A DNA stretch of 64,000 nucleotides from positions 38,187 through 102,186 of the forward strand of contig JAFLSE010000004.1 in the NCBI GenBank assembly GCA_022511075.1, read 5' to 3'. The notes beneath the pieces are model-generated. The model was not told the origin of the DNA. It saw only the letters and a program-made list of their open reading frames with translations, and did no database searches. Numbering within the stretch: the first letter of the stretch is position 1; every line of letters starts with the position of its first letter. Origin of the DNA: Prevotella sp. Its GTDB lineage: Bacteria > Bacteroidota > Bacteroidia > Bacteroidales > Bacteroidaceae. The position numbers were made by a program, and so were the translations under genes. This document shows positions 10,418 to 20,532 of the stretch, piece by piece.

Positions 10418-11385
10418 AGAATATCCTTGTAACGGGAGCTACGGGCTTAATTGGAAGCGCCCTTGTGAAACGGCTAATGGCAGACGGTGAATACAATGTT
10501 TTTGCTACAGGAAGAAACACAAAACGAGCAAAAATGTTGTTTGCGTGTTATGAGGATAATAGTCGTTTTCGGTTTTTCCGTTATGATGTTCGCGAACAAC
10601 TTTCAGGCAATACTATTTTCCATTATATCGTCCATGCCGCAAGCAATGCAGATCCGCTCCATTTTGCAAACGACCCTGTAGGTGTGATTAAATCAAATAT
10701 TGACGGGGTTACAAATCTACTCGACTATGGAAGAAATCACGGAATGGAAAGGTTTCTTTATGTTTCATCAGGAGAGGTATATGGCTCAAATGCCCGAAAC
10801 AAACACGCGGAACATTCAGAGCAAATAGTATGGACGGAAGAGGACAGCGGCTATGTTGATTCGATGAATGCCAGGTCTTGCTATCCTTCTGCCAAACGCA
10901 CGGCTGAAACGCTGTGCGTATCGTATGCAATTCAGTATGGGATTGATGTTGTGGTTGCGAGGCTTTGCCATACCTACGGAGCGTGTTTCACGGAAAGTGA
11001 CAATCGGGTTTATGCGCAATTTCTGCGTAATGTAATGAGAGGTGAGGACATTGTTCTTAAAAGCAGCGGTGAGCAATATCGTTCATGGATTTATGTGGAT
11101 GACTGTGTTGATGCATTGATGAAGATATTGCATAATGGAGAAAGTTGCAAGGCATACAATGTGGCTAACGAGGAATCTAACGTGACAATACGGAGATTTG
11201 CCGAGATTGTTGCAGAAATGAGTGGCAGGAAGGTCGTTTTTGAAAGCCAAACACCGACCGTCGGAGGCTCTACTATCAAGCAAGCTATATTCGATACTTC
11301 AAGTCTTAAGGCTTTGGGCTGGAAACCGCGATACTCTCTCAGGCAAGGAATTGCCGAATGTCTTCGAGCGTCATGCGCTCATTAA
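10405..11385 (+). CDS. NAD-dependent epimerase/dehydratase (extended SDR)
   Basis: GATGLIG, HAAS, SSGEVYG, YPSAK (YxxxK); overlaps the IspD-like gene by 13 bp. Confidence 0.85.
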   Translation: MAEIKNILVTGATGLIGSALVKRLMADGEYNVFATGRNTKRAKMLFACYEDNSRFRFFRYDVREQLSGNTIFHYIVHAASNADPLHFANDPVGVIKSNIDGVTNLLDYGRNHGMERFLYVSSGEVYGSNARNKHAEHSEQIVWTEEDSGYVDSMNARSCYPSAKRTAETLCVSYAIQYGIDVVVARLCHTYGACFTESDNRVYAQFLRNVMRGEDIVLKSSGEQYRSWIYVDDCVDALMKILHNGESCKAYNVANEESNVTIRRFAEIVAEMSGRKVVFESQTPTVGGSTIKQAIFDTSSLKALGWKPRYSLRQGIAECLRASCAH

Positions 11386-12211
11386 GGTTGAAGTACGCGC
11401 GGTTGTGCTTTTCAATGCGCTGCTCCTTTGGCGGCAGCTGCATGTAATCTCCAAAAAAATGCCTTAGATATATGTCATATTTTTCCGGCATCACCACCTC
11501 TATATCTTCAAACTTATGTATGCATCCCCTGCCCAGCCACTCTTTTGGGAAAATCTCTTTCAATCCGTATGAACCTGTATGCACCGCCACATTATTAGCT
11601 ATTTCATAGTCGTAGCGATGGCTTATGGCATCCATTTTGCGCAAAAGACGGCGGCGAATGGGCATACGAAAAAAGAAGGCAAGAGTTTTTATGGCAAACC
11701 GTCCCCATTCCTTTCTGTCTTTTAGCAACCCAATATATTCGCAGAAGGTGTTACGAGTTGAAACGGCGTTAAGCCTATTAATCAACTTTGTATAGTGCTT
11801 CTTTGTTTGTTCCGCCTTTTTGTTATCATCGTCGGTTGCGTCTATTGGGAAAATATCCACATAAAGCCCTATTACACACGGACGTTCTCGTTCCTCAACT
11901 ATTGTGGTTGTGCTATCCGATATCTTTGCAAAGTATAGCGGATAGTCATCGTTGTTGTATGGAGTTATTATTTCGTACTTCCCAAATTGTTTTTCTTGTG
12001 CAATTTGCAGCAGGCGCTCATAGTCGGGGCGTGGCATCATTACGTCTATGTCATCATCCCAAGGTATCATGCCGTTGTGCCTCACTGCTCCTATAGCCGT
12101 ACCTCCGCAACAGTAATAGCGTAATTTATAGGTTTCGCAAATCTCTATGAATGCTTTAAGAATATCCATTAGTTTGGAGTTCCATTCTTTTTTTATGTTT
12201 TTTATGTCCAT
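11339..12211 (-). CDS. LicD-family phosphotransferase
   Basis: GTAIGAVRHNGMIPWDDDIDV motif; own -7 box TACTTTTG at 12260-12253. Confidence 0.9.
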   Translation of the reverse strand: MDIKNIKKEWNSKLMDILKAFIEICETYKLRYYCCGGTAIGAVRHNGMIPWDDDIDVMMPRPDYERLLQIAQEKQFGKYEIITPYNNDDYPLYFAKISDSTTTIVEERERPCVIGLYVDIFPIDATDDDNKKAEQTKKHYTKLINRLNAVSTRNTFCEYIGLLKDRKEWGRFAIKTLAFFFRMPIRRRLLRKMDAISHRYDYEIANNVAVHTGSYGLKEIFPKEWLGRGCIHKFEDIEVVMPEKYDIYLRHFFGDYMQLPPKEQRIEKHNRAYFNLNERMTLEDIRQFLA

Positions 12212-12296
12212 AATCCCTTTCTATTTTATACGCGTTGATATTGCTTTTGATGCAAAAGTAATAAAAAAACACAAACAAGAGACGTTTTATAATAAT

Positions 12297-12764
12297 TTAT
12301 TTTATCTTTGTTCCCCTTTTATCCTTGAAAAAATCTTGCATCAGCTGTCGGCATTCATCCTCAAGTATGCCGCCAACTACTGTTGCCTTTGGGTGCATGG
12401 CGCGCGGTGCATATGTGTTGAAACCTCGTTTCTCGTCGGCAGCACCATAGACAATACGGGATATTTGCGCCCAGCCAATGGCACCTATGCACATAACACA
12501 AGGCTCCACGGTGACATAAAGTGTGCAGTCGGTAAGATATTTGCCGCCTAACAAGTTAGCAGCCGATGTTATTGCCTGCATCTCCGCATGGGCAGTAACA
12601 TCGCAAAGCGTCTCGGTGAGGTTGTGGGCACGCGCCACTACCCTATCTTTGCATACTATCACAGCACCAATGGGTATCTCGCCTGCTGTCATTGCCGTGT
12701 GTGCCTCGTTGAGAGCCATTCGCATATATCGTTCATCAGCTTTTTGCTGTTCCTCTTGTGTCAT
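12297..12764 (-). CDS. tadA: tRNA-specific adenosine deaminase
   Basis: HAE and EPCVMC zinc-deaminase motifs, LYVTVEP. Confidence 0.85.
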   Translation of the reverse strand: MTQEEQQKADERYMRMALNEAHTAMTAGEIPIGAVIVCKDRVVARAHNLTETLCDVTAHAEMQAITSAANLLGGKYLTDCTLYVTVEPCVMCIGAIGWAQISRIVYGAADEKRGFNTYAPRAMHPKATVVGGILEDECRQLMQDFFKDKRGTKIK

Positions 12765-12872
12765 ACTCGTTTATTTTTTTGCAAAAATAATATATTTTCT
12801 TTGAAAAAAGAAATAATTATTGTACTTTTGTGGAGAAATTAAGGCAGTGCATCGCACCTCAAAACAAAGCTG

Positions 12873-13610
12873 ATGACGGAAGACATTAAGTTGATACGCA
12901 TTGACGAGACCGACTCAACAAACCGTTACCTCGACCAATACAGGGGAGAGGAAGGACGGCTGATGACAGTAGTGACGGTAGAACACCAAACGGCAGGACG
13001 CGGACAGGGCACGCACACTTGGGAAAGCGAAAGGGGAAAGAACCTGCTGTTCACCATAAAAATGCACCCCACGAACCTGCCATTGGCGAGAAAATATGTA
13101 GTGATGCAGGCGGAAGCACTGGCAATAGTGAAGGTGTTGCACCGATACGGCGAGGCATTCAAGATAAAATGGCCCAACGACATATACTGGCACGACAAAA
13201 AGATAAGCGGAACATTGTCGGAGTCGTCTATCAGCGGAAACACAATAAAAAGCGTGATACTCGGCACGGGCATAAACGTAAACCAAGAGATTTTCCGCAG
13301 CGATGCGCCCAACCCCATATCGCTATGCAGCATAACAGGCAGGCAGATAGACAAGGAGGAACTATTGAGGGAAATACTCGACACCTTCGCAGAATATATA
13401 AAAAAGGTGAACGGCGGCGAATATGATGCCATACACGAGGAATATATGCAGCACCTATACCGCAACACTGGCTATCACAAATTCAAGGATGCCGATGGAG
13501 AGTTTACCGCAAGGATAGAGGATGTGATGCACGACGGCAAGATTGCCCTGCGGCGGCAAGACGGCGAGAGGAGCGAATATGACTTTTGCAAGGTTCGCTT
13601 CATCATATAG
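12873..13610 (+). CDS. birA: Biotin--[acetyl-CoA carboxylase] ligase without N-terminal HTH
   Basis: DSTN, QTAGRGQ, KWPNDI, KISGTL, GTGINV. Confidence 0.9.
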   Translation: MTEDIKLIRIDETDSTNRYLDQYRGEEGRLMTVVTVEHQTAGRGQGTHTWESERGKNLLFTIKMHPTNLPLARKYVVMQAEALAIVKVLHRYGEAFKIKWPNDIYWHDKKISGTLSESSISGNTIKSVILGTGINVNQEIFRSDAPNPISLCSITGRQIDKEELLREILDTFAEYIKKVNGGEYDAIHEEYMQHLYRNTGYHKFKDADGEFTARIEDVMHDGKIALRRQDGERSEYDFCKVRFII

Positions 13611-13668
13611 ACACAAAAAGAACGAAAAAAACAATAGGAATAAACAAACCAAAAACAGTATAAAGACA

Positions 13669-14379
13669 ATGGCAAGATTCAAGAGAATACTGCTTAAACT
13701 AAGCGGTGAGAGCCTTATGGGCAAGCAAAACTACGGCATAGACCCGGAGCGTTTGGAAGACTATGCAGCGCAGATAAAGGAAGTGAGCGAAATGGGTGTG
13801 CAGATTGGTATCGTGATAGGCGGTGGAAACATTTTCCGCGGACTGAGCGGCAGCAAGAAAGGTTTCGACCGCGTGAAGGGTGACCAAATGGGAATGTGCG
13901 CCACGGTTATCAACTCGCTTGCACTGAGCAGCGCACTCGAAGCCGTCGGCGTGAAGACAAAGGTGCTCACAGCCATAAGAATGGAGCCGATAGGCGAATT
14001 CTACACTAAATGGAAGGCAATAGAGGCAATGGAGGAAGGCAAGGTGTGCATATTCTCCGCCGGCACAGGATGCCCTTACTTCACCACCGACACAGGATCT
14101 TCGCTGCGAGGCATAGAGATTGAGGCAGACGTGATGCTGAAAGGCACGCGCGTGGATGGCATATACACCGCCGACCCAGAAAAAGACCCAACGGCAACGA
14201 AGTTCACGGAAATAACATACGACGAGATTTACGCCAAAGGCCTGAAGGTGATGGACCTTACTGCCACTACTATGTGCAAGGAGAACAACTTGCCCATATA
14301 TGTGTTCAACATGGACGTGGTTGGCAATCTTAAGAAAGTGATGGACGGAGAGCCGATAGGCACACTCGTCAAGGCATAG
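13669..14379 (+). CDS. pyrH: UMP kinase
   Basis: [24 protein letters not shown]; start moved to MARFK. Confidence 0.97.
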   Translation: MARFKRILLKLSGESLMGKQNYGIDPERLEDYAAQIKEVSEMGVQIGIVIGGGNIFRGLSGSKKGFDRVKGDQMGMCATVINSLALSSALEAVGVKTKVLTAIRMEPIGEFYTKWKAIEAMEEGKVCIFSAGTGCPYFTTDTGSSLRGIEIEADVMLKGTRVDGIYTADPEKDPTATKFTEITYDEIYAKGLKVMDLTATTMCKENNLPIYVFNMDVVGNLKKVMDGEPIGTLVKA

Positions 14380-15844
14380 GATTGGGGTGCAGGTTTAGTT
14401 CCTGCGCCTTATTAATCAACAGTTCCATAAGAGGCTCGCGCTCGTTGGCAACCTTACCGTCGAGCACGGCATCCTTAAGCGTCTTTTTCAGTTCGCCGAC
14501 AACAGCCGAGGGTTTCAGATTGAACATCTGCATAATCTCGTCGCCGTTGATTACGGGCTGCAAAAGGCGCTTATAGTCTTTCTCCTTCAGGTCGGCAAGT
14601 TTTTCGCGCACCATTCGGAAGTTTTCCAGAAACCTTTTCTTCCTTCCCTCGTTCTTGCTCGTGATGTCAGCCTCGCATAGCAGCATGAGGTCGTCTATAT
14701 CGTCGCCGGCATCGTTGAGCAGTCGCCTAACGGCACTGTCAGTAACTTCCTCGTCGGCAATCACTATCGGGCGCATGTGCAAGTCCACGAGCTTCTCCAC
14801 ATATTTCATGTTTGCGTCGAGCGGCAGTTTCAGTCTGCGGAAAATGTCTGCCACCATTCGGCTGCCGATATAGTTGTGGTTGTGAAAAGTCCAGCCAGTG
14901 GCAGGTTCCCAGCGCTTGCTCTTGGGTTTACCAATGTCGTGCATCAGCGCAGCCCATCGCAGCCACAGGTTATCGCTGTGCTTGCACACGTTTTCGAGCA
15001 CTTCCAACGTGTGATAGAAATTGTTTTTGTGAGCCTTGCCGTTCTTTGTCTCCACTATGTCGAGTGCAACAAGTTCGGGCAGGATTATGTCAAGCAGTCC
15101 GCAACGTTGCAAGTCGATAAAACCGCGACTTGGATTTGCCGAAAGCATAATCTTGTTGAGTTCATCTTTTATGCGCTCACCGCTTATTATCCTTATGCGC
15201 TCGGCGTTGCGCTCTAATGCATCGAATGTCTCAGGCTCTATGTCGAAGCGCAGCTGTGTGGCAAAACGTATGCAGCGCATCATGCGCAAGGGGTCGTCGC
15301 TGAAGGTTATGTCGGGGTCGAGAGGGGTTGCAATGATGCCGTCCTCCAAGTCATAAAGTCCGTCAAATGGGTCTACAAGTTCGCCAAACCTATCGCTATT
15401 AAGGCATATCGCCATGGCATTTATAGTGAAGTCGCGGCGGTTCTGGTCGTCCTCCAAAGTTCCGTCTTCCACTATCGGCTTGCGCGAGTCGTGACGATAA
15501 CTCTCCTTACGCGCTCCGACAAACTCCACTTCAACCTCCTCATGGCTCGTCTTGTCGAAATATTTCACCTGCGCCGTACCGAAGTTCTTGAACACCGACA
15601 GGTTGGCTTTCTTGCCAAACACATCCTTCAATGCTTGCGCCACGGCTATTCCCGGACGCTCGATGCGTCCGTTGGCAGCAATCACCACATCTATGTCGTT
15701 GCTATGTCGCTCAAGGAATATGTCGCGCACATATCCGCCCACGACGTATGCCTCAACGCCCATACTATCTGCCACCTCGCCTATCTTGCGCAATATGCCA
15801 GTGTCTATTATCCTTGCTAACTCCTCGTCGCTATATAGTTTCAT
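14369..15844 (-). CDS. cca: CCA tRNA nucleotidyltransferase with HD domain
   Basis: [32 protein letters not shown]. Confidence 0.9.
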   Translation of the reverse strand: MKLYSDEELARIIDTGILRKIGEVADSMGVEAYVVGGYVRDIFLERHSNDIDVVIAANGRIERPGIAVAQALKDVFGKKANLSVFKNFGTAQVKYFDKTSHEEVEVEFVGARKESYRHDSRKPIVEDGTLEDDQNRRDFTINAMAICLNSDRFGELVDPFDGLYDLEDGIIATPLDPDITFSDDPLRMMRCIRFATQLRFDIEPETFDALERNAERIRIISGERIKDELNKIMLSANPSRGFIDLQRCGLLDIILPELVALDIVETKNGKAHKNNFYHTLEVLENVCKHSDNLWLRWAALMHDIGKPKSKRWEPATGWTFHNHNYIGSRMVADIFRRLKLPLDANMKYVEKLVDLHMRPIVIADEEVTDSAVRRLLNDAGDDIDDLMLLCEADITSKNEGRKKRFLENFRMVREKLADLKEKDYKRLLQPVINGDEIMQMFNLKPSAVVGELKKTLKDAVLDGKVANEREPLMELLINKAQELNLHPNPMP

Positions 15845-15886
15845 CAGATTTCTTTTTGTGTGCAAAGTTACAATTTTTTATTGTAA

Positions 15887-18160
15887 TTACAGCGGGTCTG
15901 CGTCATAAAACACCTGCAAGGCGTTATAACGCTTGTCCTGCATCATCTGCTGCCGTGCCAACAGCAGGTATTTTCTCACCTCCGTGGCATCGAGCGCATT
16001 CTCCAACTTTATCACTAACTTGCGTATGCAGAGCGATTTAACTCGTGCCACGGCAGGTTTGTCTGGACCGAGCACACGCCCGCCAAACCATTGGCGCAAA
16101 CGACTGCCAAGTTCCGTTGCTGCTGTGTCAACCACGGCTTCGCCCTTGTGTTTCAGATATATGTATATCAGTCGGTAATAAGGTGGATAGTGGAACATCT
16201 GTCTCTCGGTTATCAATGTTTTATATAGGGCTGAATAGTCGTTGCGCACCACCATATCTATCAACGGCAAGTCCTTGTTTCGGGTCTGCATAATCACGAG
16301 TCCGCGCTTGCCCTTGCGCCCTGCCCTGCCAGCCACTTGGCTCATCATCATAAAAGCATGCTCGTAGGCACGGAAGTCGGGATAACTCATCATCGAGTCG
16401 GCATCGAGTATACCCACCACGCTCACCTTGTCGAAGTCGAGCCCCTTACTTATCATCTGCGTGCCTATCAATATGTTTGTCCTACCGGCGGCAAAGTCGG
16501 TTATTATCCTCTCGTATGCATTGCGTGTACGAGTGGTGTCAAGGTCCATTCGTGCCACACGTGCCTCGGGGAATATCTCGCGAATGTAGTCCTCCACCTT
16601 TTCTGTTCCATACCCACGGTTGCGCAGTTCCGTTTCCTCGCAGCAAGGGCATTTTGCAGGTATGGCGTATGTGTAGCCACAGTAGTGGCAGGTAAGTTGG
16701 TTTGTGTTTCTGTGCAATGTTAGACTCACATCGCAGTGCTGGCATTTAGGCACCCAGCCGCATTGCCTGCACTCCATCATCGGGGCAAAGCCTCGGCGGT
16801 TTTGAAACAGAATAGCCTGTTCGCCTCTTTCGAGAGCCTCGCGCACCTTATTTAGTAAAATAGGCGAGAAAGGACCTTGCATCATCTTGCGCCTGTTCAG
16901 GTCTTTTGTGTCAACAACCACTATCTCAGGCAGTTCTATTCCGCTGTATCTCTCACGCAGTTCCACAAGTCCGTACTTTCCCGTCTGTGCGTTGTGGTAT
17001 GTTTCCAGACAAGGTGTCGCCGTGCCGAGCAATGTTTTCGCCCCGTACATTCGTGCTAACATTATGGCGGCACTGCGTGCGTGGTAGCGTGGCGCAGGGT
17101 CTTGTTGCTTGTACGATGTCTCGTGTTCCTCGTCAATAATCACGAGCCCCAGGTTTTGGAACGGCAGCAGCGTGGCAGAACGTGCACCGAGGATAACATC
17201 GTATGGATTGCCCGACAACTGCTTCTGCCAAATCTCCACTCGCTCTGCATCGGAGTATTTCGAGTGGTATATTCCCAATCGGTTGCCGAACACTCGCTGC
17301 AACCGCTGCATTATCTGTACCGTCAATGCTATTTCTGGCAGCAGATATAACACCTGCTTATGGTCGTCTATCGCCTTTTGTATCAGGTGAATGTATATCT
17401 CGGTCTTGCCGCTCGATGTCACTCCGTGGAGCAATGTCACGTCGTGTTTCAGAAAAGAGAACACTATTCCGTTGTATGCGTCCTGCTGTGCTTTGTTCAG
17501 CGGCTTTATGTTCTCCTTGTGCGGCTCACCTGCGTTGTTTAGTCTGCCCACCTCCACCTCGTATGTCTCCAATATGCCGCGTTTCACCAACTGGTTTATG
17601 GTGGCGAGTGTTGCCCCGTTGCGGTTCATCAGTTCCTCGCGTGTTATCTCTTCTGGCTGCTCATCGCAAACCTCGCCTCTTACTGTGTCCCAGTGCGACA
17701 GCGTGAGATAGTCGGTCAGTGCCTGCTGCTGTTTCTGCGCCCTCGCCAACATGTCAAGTGCTATGTGCAGTGCCCTCTCGTTGCGAAACTGTTTTGTAAG
17801 TCTTATGTAAAGTTCCGTCTTCGGTTTATATCCGTCTTCGGCTTTCAGTCCTGTGGGCAGTGCCGCTTTGTAAACCTCGCCTATCGGCGACATATAGTAT
17901 TGCGCTATCCATTGCCACAGCCTGTATTGCCGTTCAAGTATTATGGCATTTTCGTCGAGAACGTCCTCAACATCTTTCACCGCATAGCCATCAGGTTGTT
18001 CGTCGTGTATGCGCGCAACAATACCTATATGGCGCTTGCCCTTGCCAAACGGCACGAGCACCCGAACGCCAAACTTCACCCTCTCCTCAAATACTTTCGG
18101 CACGGAGTAGGTAAACGTGCCTTCAAGCGGCACCGGCAATATGACATCTACGTATCTCAC
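15887..18160 (-). CDS. priA: Primosomal protein N'
   Basis: GVTSSGKT, DEEHE, two Zn knuckles, GTQMISKG. GTG start at 18160, below the -7 box TATCTTTG (18184-18177). Confidence 0.96.
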   Translation of the reverse strand: MRYVDVILPVPLEGTFTYSVPKVFEERVKFGVRVLVPFGKGKRHIGIVARIHDEQPDGYAVKDVEDVLDENAIILERQYRLWQWIAQYYMSPIGEVYKAALPTGLKAEDGYKPKTELYIRLTKQFRNERALHIALDMLARAQKQQQALTDYLTLSHWDTVRGEVCDEQPEEITREELMNRNGATLATINQLVKRGILETYEVEVGRLNNAGEPHKENIKPLNKAQQDAYNGIVFSFLKHDVTLLHGVTSSGKTEIYIHLIQKAIDDHKQVLYLLPEIALTVQIMQRLQRVFGNRLGIYHSKYSDAERVEIWQKQLSGNPYDVILGARSATLLPFQNLGLVIIDEEHETSYKQQDPAPRYHARSAAIMLARMYGAKTLLGTATPCLETYHNAQTGKYGLVELRERYSGIELPEIVVVDTKDLNRRKMMQGPFSPILLNKVREALERGEQAILFQNRRGFAPMMECRQCGWVPKCQHCDVSLTLHRNTNQLTCHYCGYTYAIPAKCPCCEETELRNRGYGTEKVEDYIREIFPEARVARMDLDTTRTRNAYERIITDFAAGRTNILIGTQMISKGLDFDKVSVVGILDADSMMSYPDFRAYEHAFMMMSQVAGRAGRKGKRGLVIMQTRNKDLPLIDMVVRNDYSALYKTLITERQMFHYPPYYRLIYIYLKHKGEAVVDTAATELGSRLRQWFGGRVLGPDKPAVARVKSLCIRKLVIKLENALDATEVRKYLLLARQQMMQDKRYNALQVFYDADPL

Positions 18161-18312
18161 GAAAATAAATCTTGTGCAAAGATAAGAAATAAATCTCATA
18201 TTGACAACAAATAAGGGATTATATTCGTGATTATATTGGGTGGAAGGAAGCAATAATTTAATTCTGATTATTGTGTATTATCGTTCTATAACGAAGTAGT
18301 TATTGACACAAT

Positions 18313-18423
18313 GTAGTATCAGAAGACAGTCATTTTAATATTCTACGACAAACACCTTTTCCACAATTGAACATTGTTACACTCGACGAATTCCTTAAAA
18401 CAAGCCTCATAGAAATGGAATAA
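18313..18423 (+). pseudogene. 3' remnant of a PIN-family toxin gene
   Basis: Translates VVSEDSHFNILRQTPFPQLNIVTLDEFLKTSLIEME*, resembling the C-terminus of Bacteroidales PIN toxins; in-frame TGA at 18304, no start. Confidence 0.7.
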
Positions 18424-18440
18424 TACAATGATAACACACT

Positions 18441-18589
18441 AAGAAATCGCAAACCTATAAAGACACAAATCAGGATTTGCAAAACGCTAACAACAAAAAA
18501 TCCCTACCAGACTTTATCTGATGGGGATTATGATTGTTATCGTTCTATAACAATATTTAGACGATGTTTATTTCACGATGAACTTCTTG
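18441..18589 (+). repeat. Left copy of an imperfect direct repeat of about 150 bp (right copy 20400-20554)
   Basis: Identical blocks 18456-18485 = 20415-20444 (30 nt) and 18568-18589 = 20533-20554 (22 nt); includes a degenerate copy of the terminator. Confidence 0.92.
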
Positions 18590-18638
18590 TCGTCACGAAC
18601 AGCGCATATTATTATGGCTCTCTTTCGCGATTGATGTG

Positions 18639-18815
18639 TGCAAAGGTACTGCAAACCGAGTGCAGAATAATAAAATGAACATTTTAATATTTTTATGCCG
18701 AGGTGCAGCGTATCTTATGCAAAGGTACTGCAAACCGAGTGCAGAATAAATATAAAATGAACATTTTAATATTTTTATGCCGAGGTGCAGCGTATCTTAT
18801 GCAAAGGTACTGCAA
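18639..18815. repeat. Tandem repeat, about 2.2 units of 79-82 bp
   Basis: TGCAAAGGTACTGCAA recurs at 18639, 18718 and 18800, with near-identical intervening sequence. Confidence 0.95.
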
Positions 18816-18989
18816 TTCCTGCCGAAAGCCAAAAATAGGTACTCCGTAACCTGTAAAAATCTGTTAACGAAACGACAATCTCGTCTTAAAATATGTAAAC
18901 CGCCTTTTCTTTGGTGTTCAGCTAAACAACCAACTAAATACTGAACACTAATCACTTATAACTAACTATTCTCGATGCCCATCGCATGC

Positions 18990-19055
18990 CGTTTCGATGG
19001 CTCTTGAAGCCTGCTTCGTTGGCTGTTGAAGCCGCAAGCGTTGGCAGGTGAAACC
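18990..19055. repeat. Degenerate 22-bp tandem repeat (3 units)
   Basis: TGGC at 18998/19020/19042 and TGAA at 19005/19027/19049. Confidence 0.6.
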
Positions 19056-19103
19056 GAGTGCATTGAAAACATGACATATCCCCCAAAGAAGATGTTTTGC
19101 CAC

Positions 19104-19306
19104 TTTGTTACAATATTACATTATTACATTATTACATTAAGCATATTCCAAGTATGCGGAAAGGAGTGTATCCTAATAGTCTATAATAATATATAATATA
19201 TTAATATATTATATATTATTATAGAATTATATTACTTATAATCCGTAAGCAAATAATCACAGAACATCGAAACCTCCTTAATGTAATAATGTAATATTGT
19301 AACAAA
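19104..19306. repeat. Nested inverted repeat around an AT-rich palindrome
   Basis: Perfect 28-bp inverted repeat (19104-19131 / 19279-19306) around a perfect 44-bp palindrome (19181-19224). Confidence 0.95.
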
Positions 19307-19510
19307 ATCAAGTTAAGGGTGGCAAAGTGGTGTTATGACAAAATGGTTTTTCTAAAAACTTAACGGCAGTGATGCAATTGGCTTGTTGGCTGCCTCTGCG
19401 TATGAAAACCACAGTTTTCCTCTAAAGAAAACTTAAATTCTTTATCAGACCGGCTTATAATTACGAAATTTTATCTAAATTTGCACCATAAACACATAAA
19501 ACGATATTTT

Positions 19511-20419
19511 ATGGCAGAAAAGGAACAGTTCGTACGCTTTGACTGGGCAATGAAACGCCTGCTACGCGACAAGGCAAATTATGTAGTCTTGGAAGGGCTC
19601 ATCACGACTTTACTCGGCAAGAGGATAATAATAAAGAAACTGCTGGAGAGCGAGAGCAACCAGGACAGCGAGGATGACAAGCAGAACCGAGTAGACATGC
19701 TGGCGGAGGACGAGACAGGAGCACTATATCTTATCGAGGTGCAGAACGAAACGGAGTTTGCATATTTCCAGCGTATGCTGTTCGGAGCGTCAAAGTTGGT
19801 GACGGAATACATCAACCGCGGTCAGGGCTACGAGAACATACGAAAGGTGTACAGCATCAACATAGTTTATTTCAACCTTGGCCAGGGAAAGGACATAGTG
19901 TATCACGGCAAGACGGAGTTCCGCGGCATGCACGATGGAGACATTTTGCAGCTGTCGCCATTCCAGAAACAGAAGTTTGAGGTCGATGCCGTCAGCGACC
20001 TTTATCCTGAGTACTATATCCTGAAGGCTAACGACTTCAACCGCTGGTCGAAGATGCCTTTGGAACAGTGGATATACGTGTTGAGCACTGGCGATATTCC
20101 CGATGACGCAGATGCCCCTGGCTTGAGCGAAGCACGTGAAAAGCTACGACTTGCAAAAATGACGAAGACGGAGCTTGACTCTTATTACCGGCATCTTGAC
20201 AATGTTGTGATTTTGAGAGATAACATAGAAACAGCAAAGAACGAAGGTTGGCTGGAAGGACGTGCAGAGGGACGTGCGGAAGGCGAGGCTAAAGGGCGCG
20301 CGGAAGGCATTAAAGAAGAACGCTTACGTAGCGCAAAGACTATGAAAGAAGACGGACTCCCTATAGACATTATAGTAAAATACACAGGACTGTCACACAA
20401 GGAAATCACAAACTTATAA
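19511..20419 (+). CDS. Rpn-family recombination-promoting nuclease / putative transposase (PD-(D/E)xK)
   Basis: FVRFDWAMKRLLRDKAN start, RVDMLAED...IEVQ, C-terminal EGRAEG repeats and YTGLS. Confidence 0.9.
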   Translation: MAEKEQFVRFDWAMKRLLRDKANYVVLEGLITTLLGKRIIIKKLLESESNQDSEDDKQNRVDMLAEDETGALYLIEVQNETEFAYFQRMLFGASKLVTEYINRGQGYENIRKVYSINIVYFNLGQGKDIVYHGKTEFRGMHDGDILQLSPFQKQKFEVDAVSDLYPEYYILKANDFNRWSKMPLEQWIYVLSTGDIPDDADAPGLSEAREKLRLAKMTKTELDSYYRHLDNVVILRDNIETAKNEGWLEGRAEGRAEGEAKGRAEGIKEERLRSAKTMKEDGLPIDIIVKYTGLSHKEITNL

Positions 20420-20454
20420 AGACACAAATCAGGATTTGCAAAACACTAACAAAA

Positions 20455-20491
20455 AAGAATCCCCATCAGATAAAATCTGATGGGGATTCTT
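20455..20491. terminator. Bidirectional terminator-like hairpin
   Basis: Perfect 16-bp stem AAGAATCCCCATCAGA / TCTGATGGGGATTCTT between convergent genes. Confidence 0.85.
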
Positions 20492-20532
20492 ACTATTGTG
20501 TATTATCGTTCTATAACGAGATACAAGCGATG

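Noticed and set aside
18639-18815. CRISPR array
   Set aside because: Units are near-identical throughout with no unique spacers, there are only about 2 units, and no cas genes are in the window.
19104-19306. Phase-variable invertible promoter
   Set aside because: No -7 box was found inside, the interior is nearly symmetric so inversion would change little, and no recombinase is adjacent.
19511-20419. Rpn gene as an active IS transposase
   Set aside because: No terminal inverted repeats or short target duplication; transposase activity of the family is not established.
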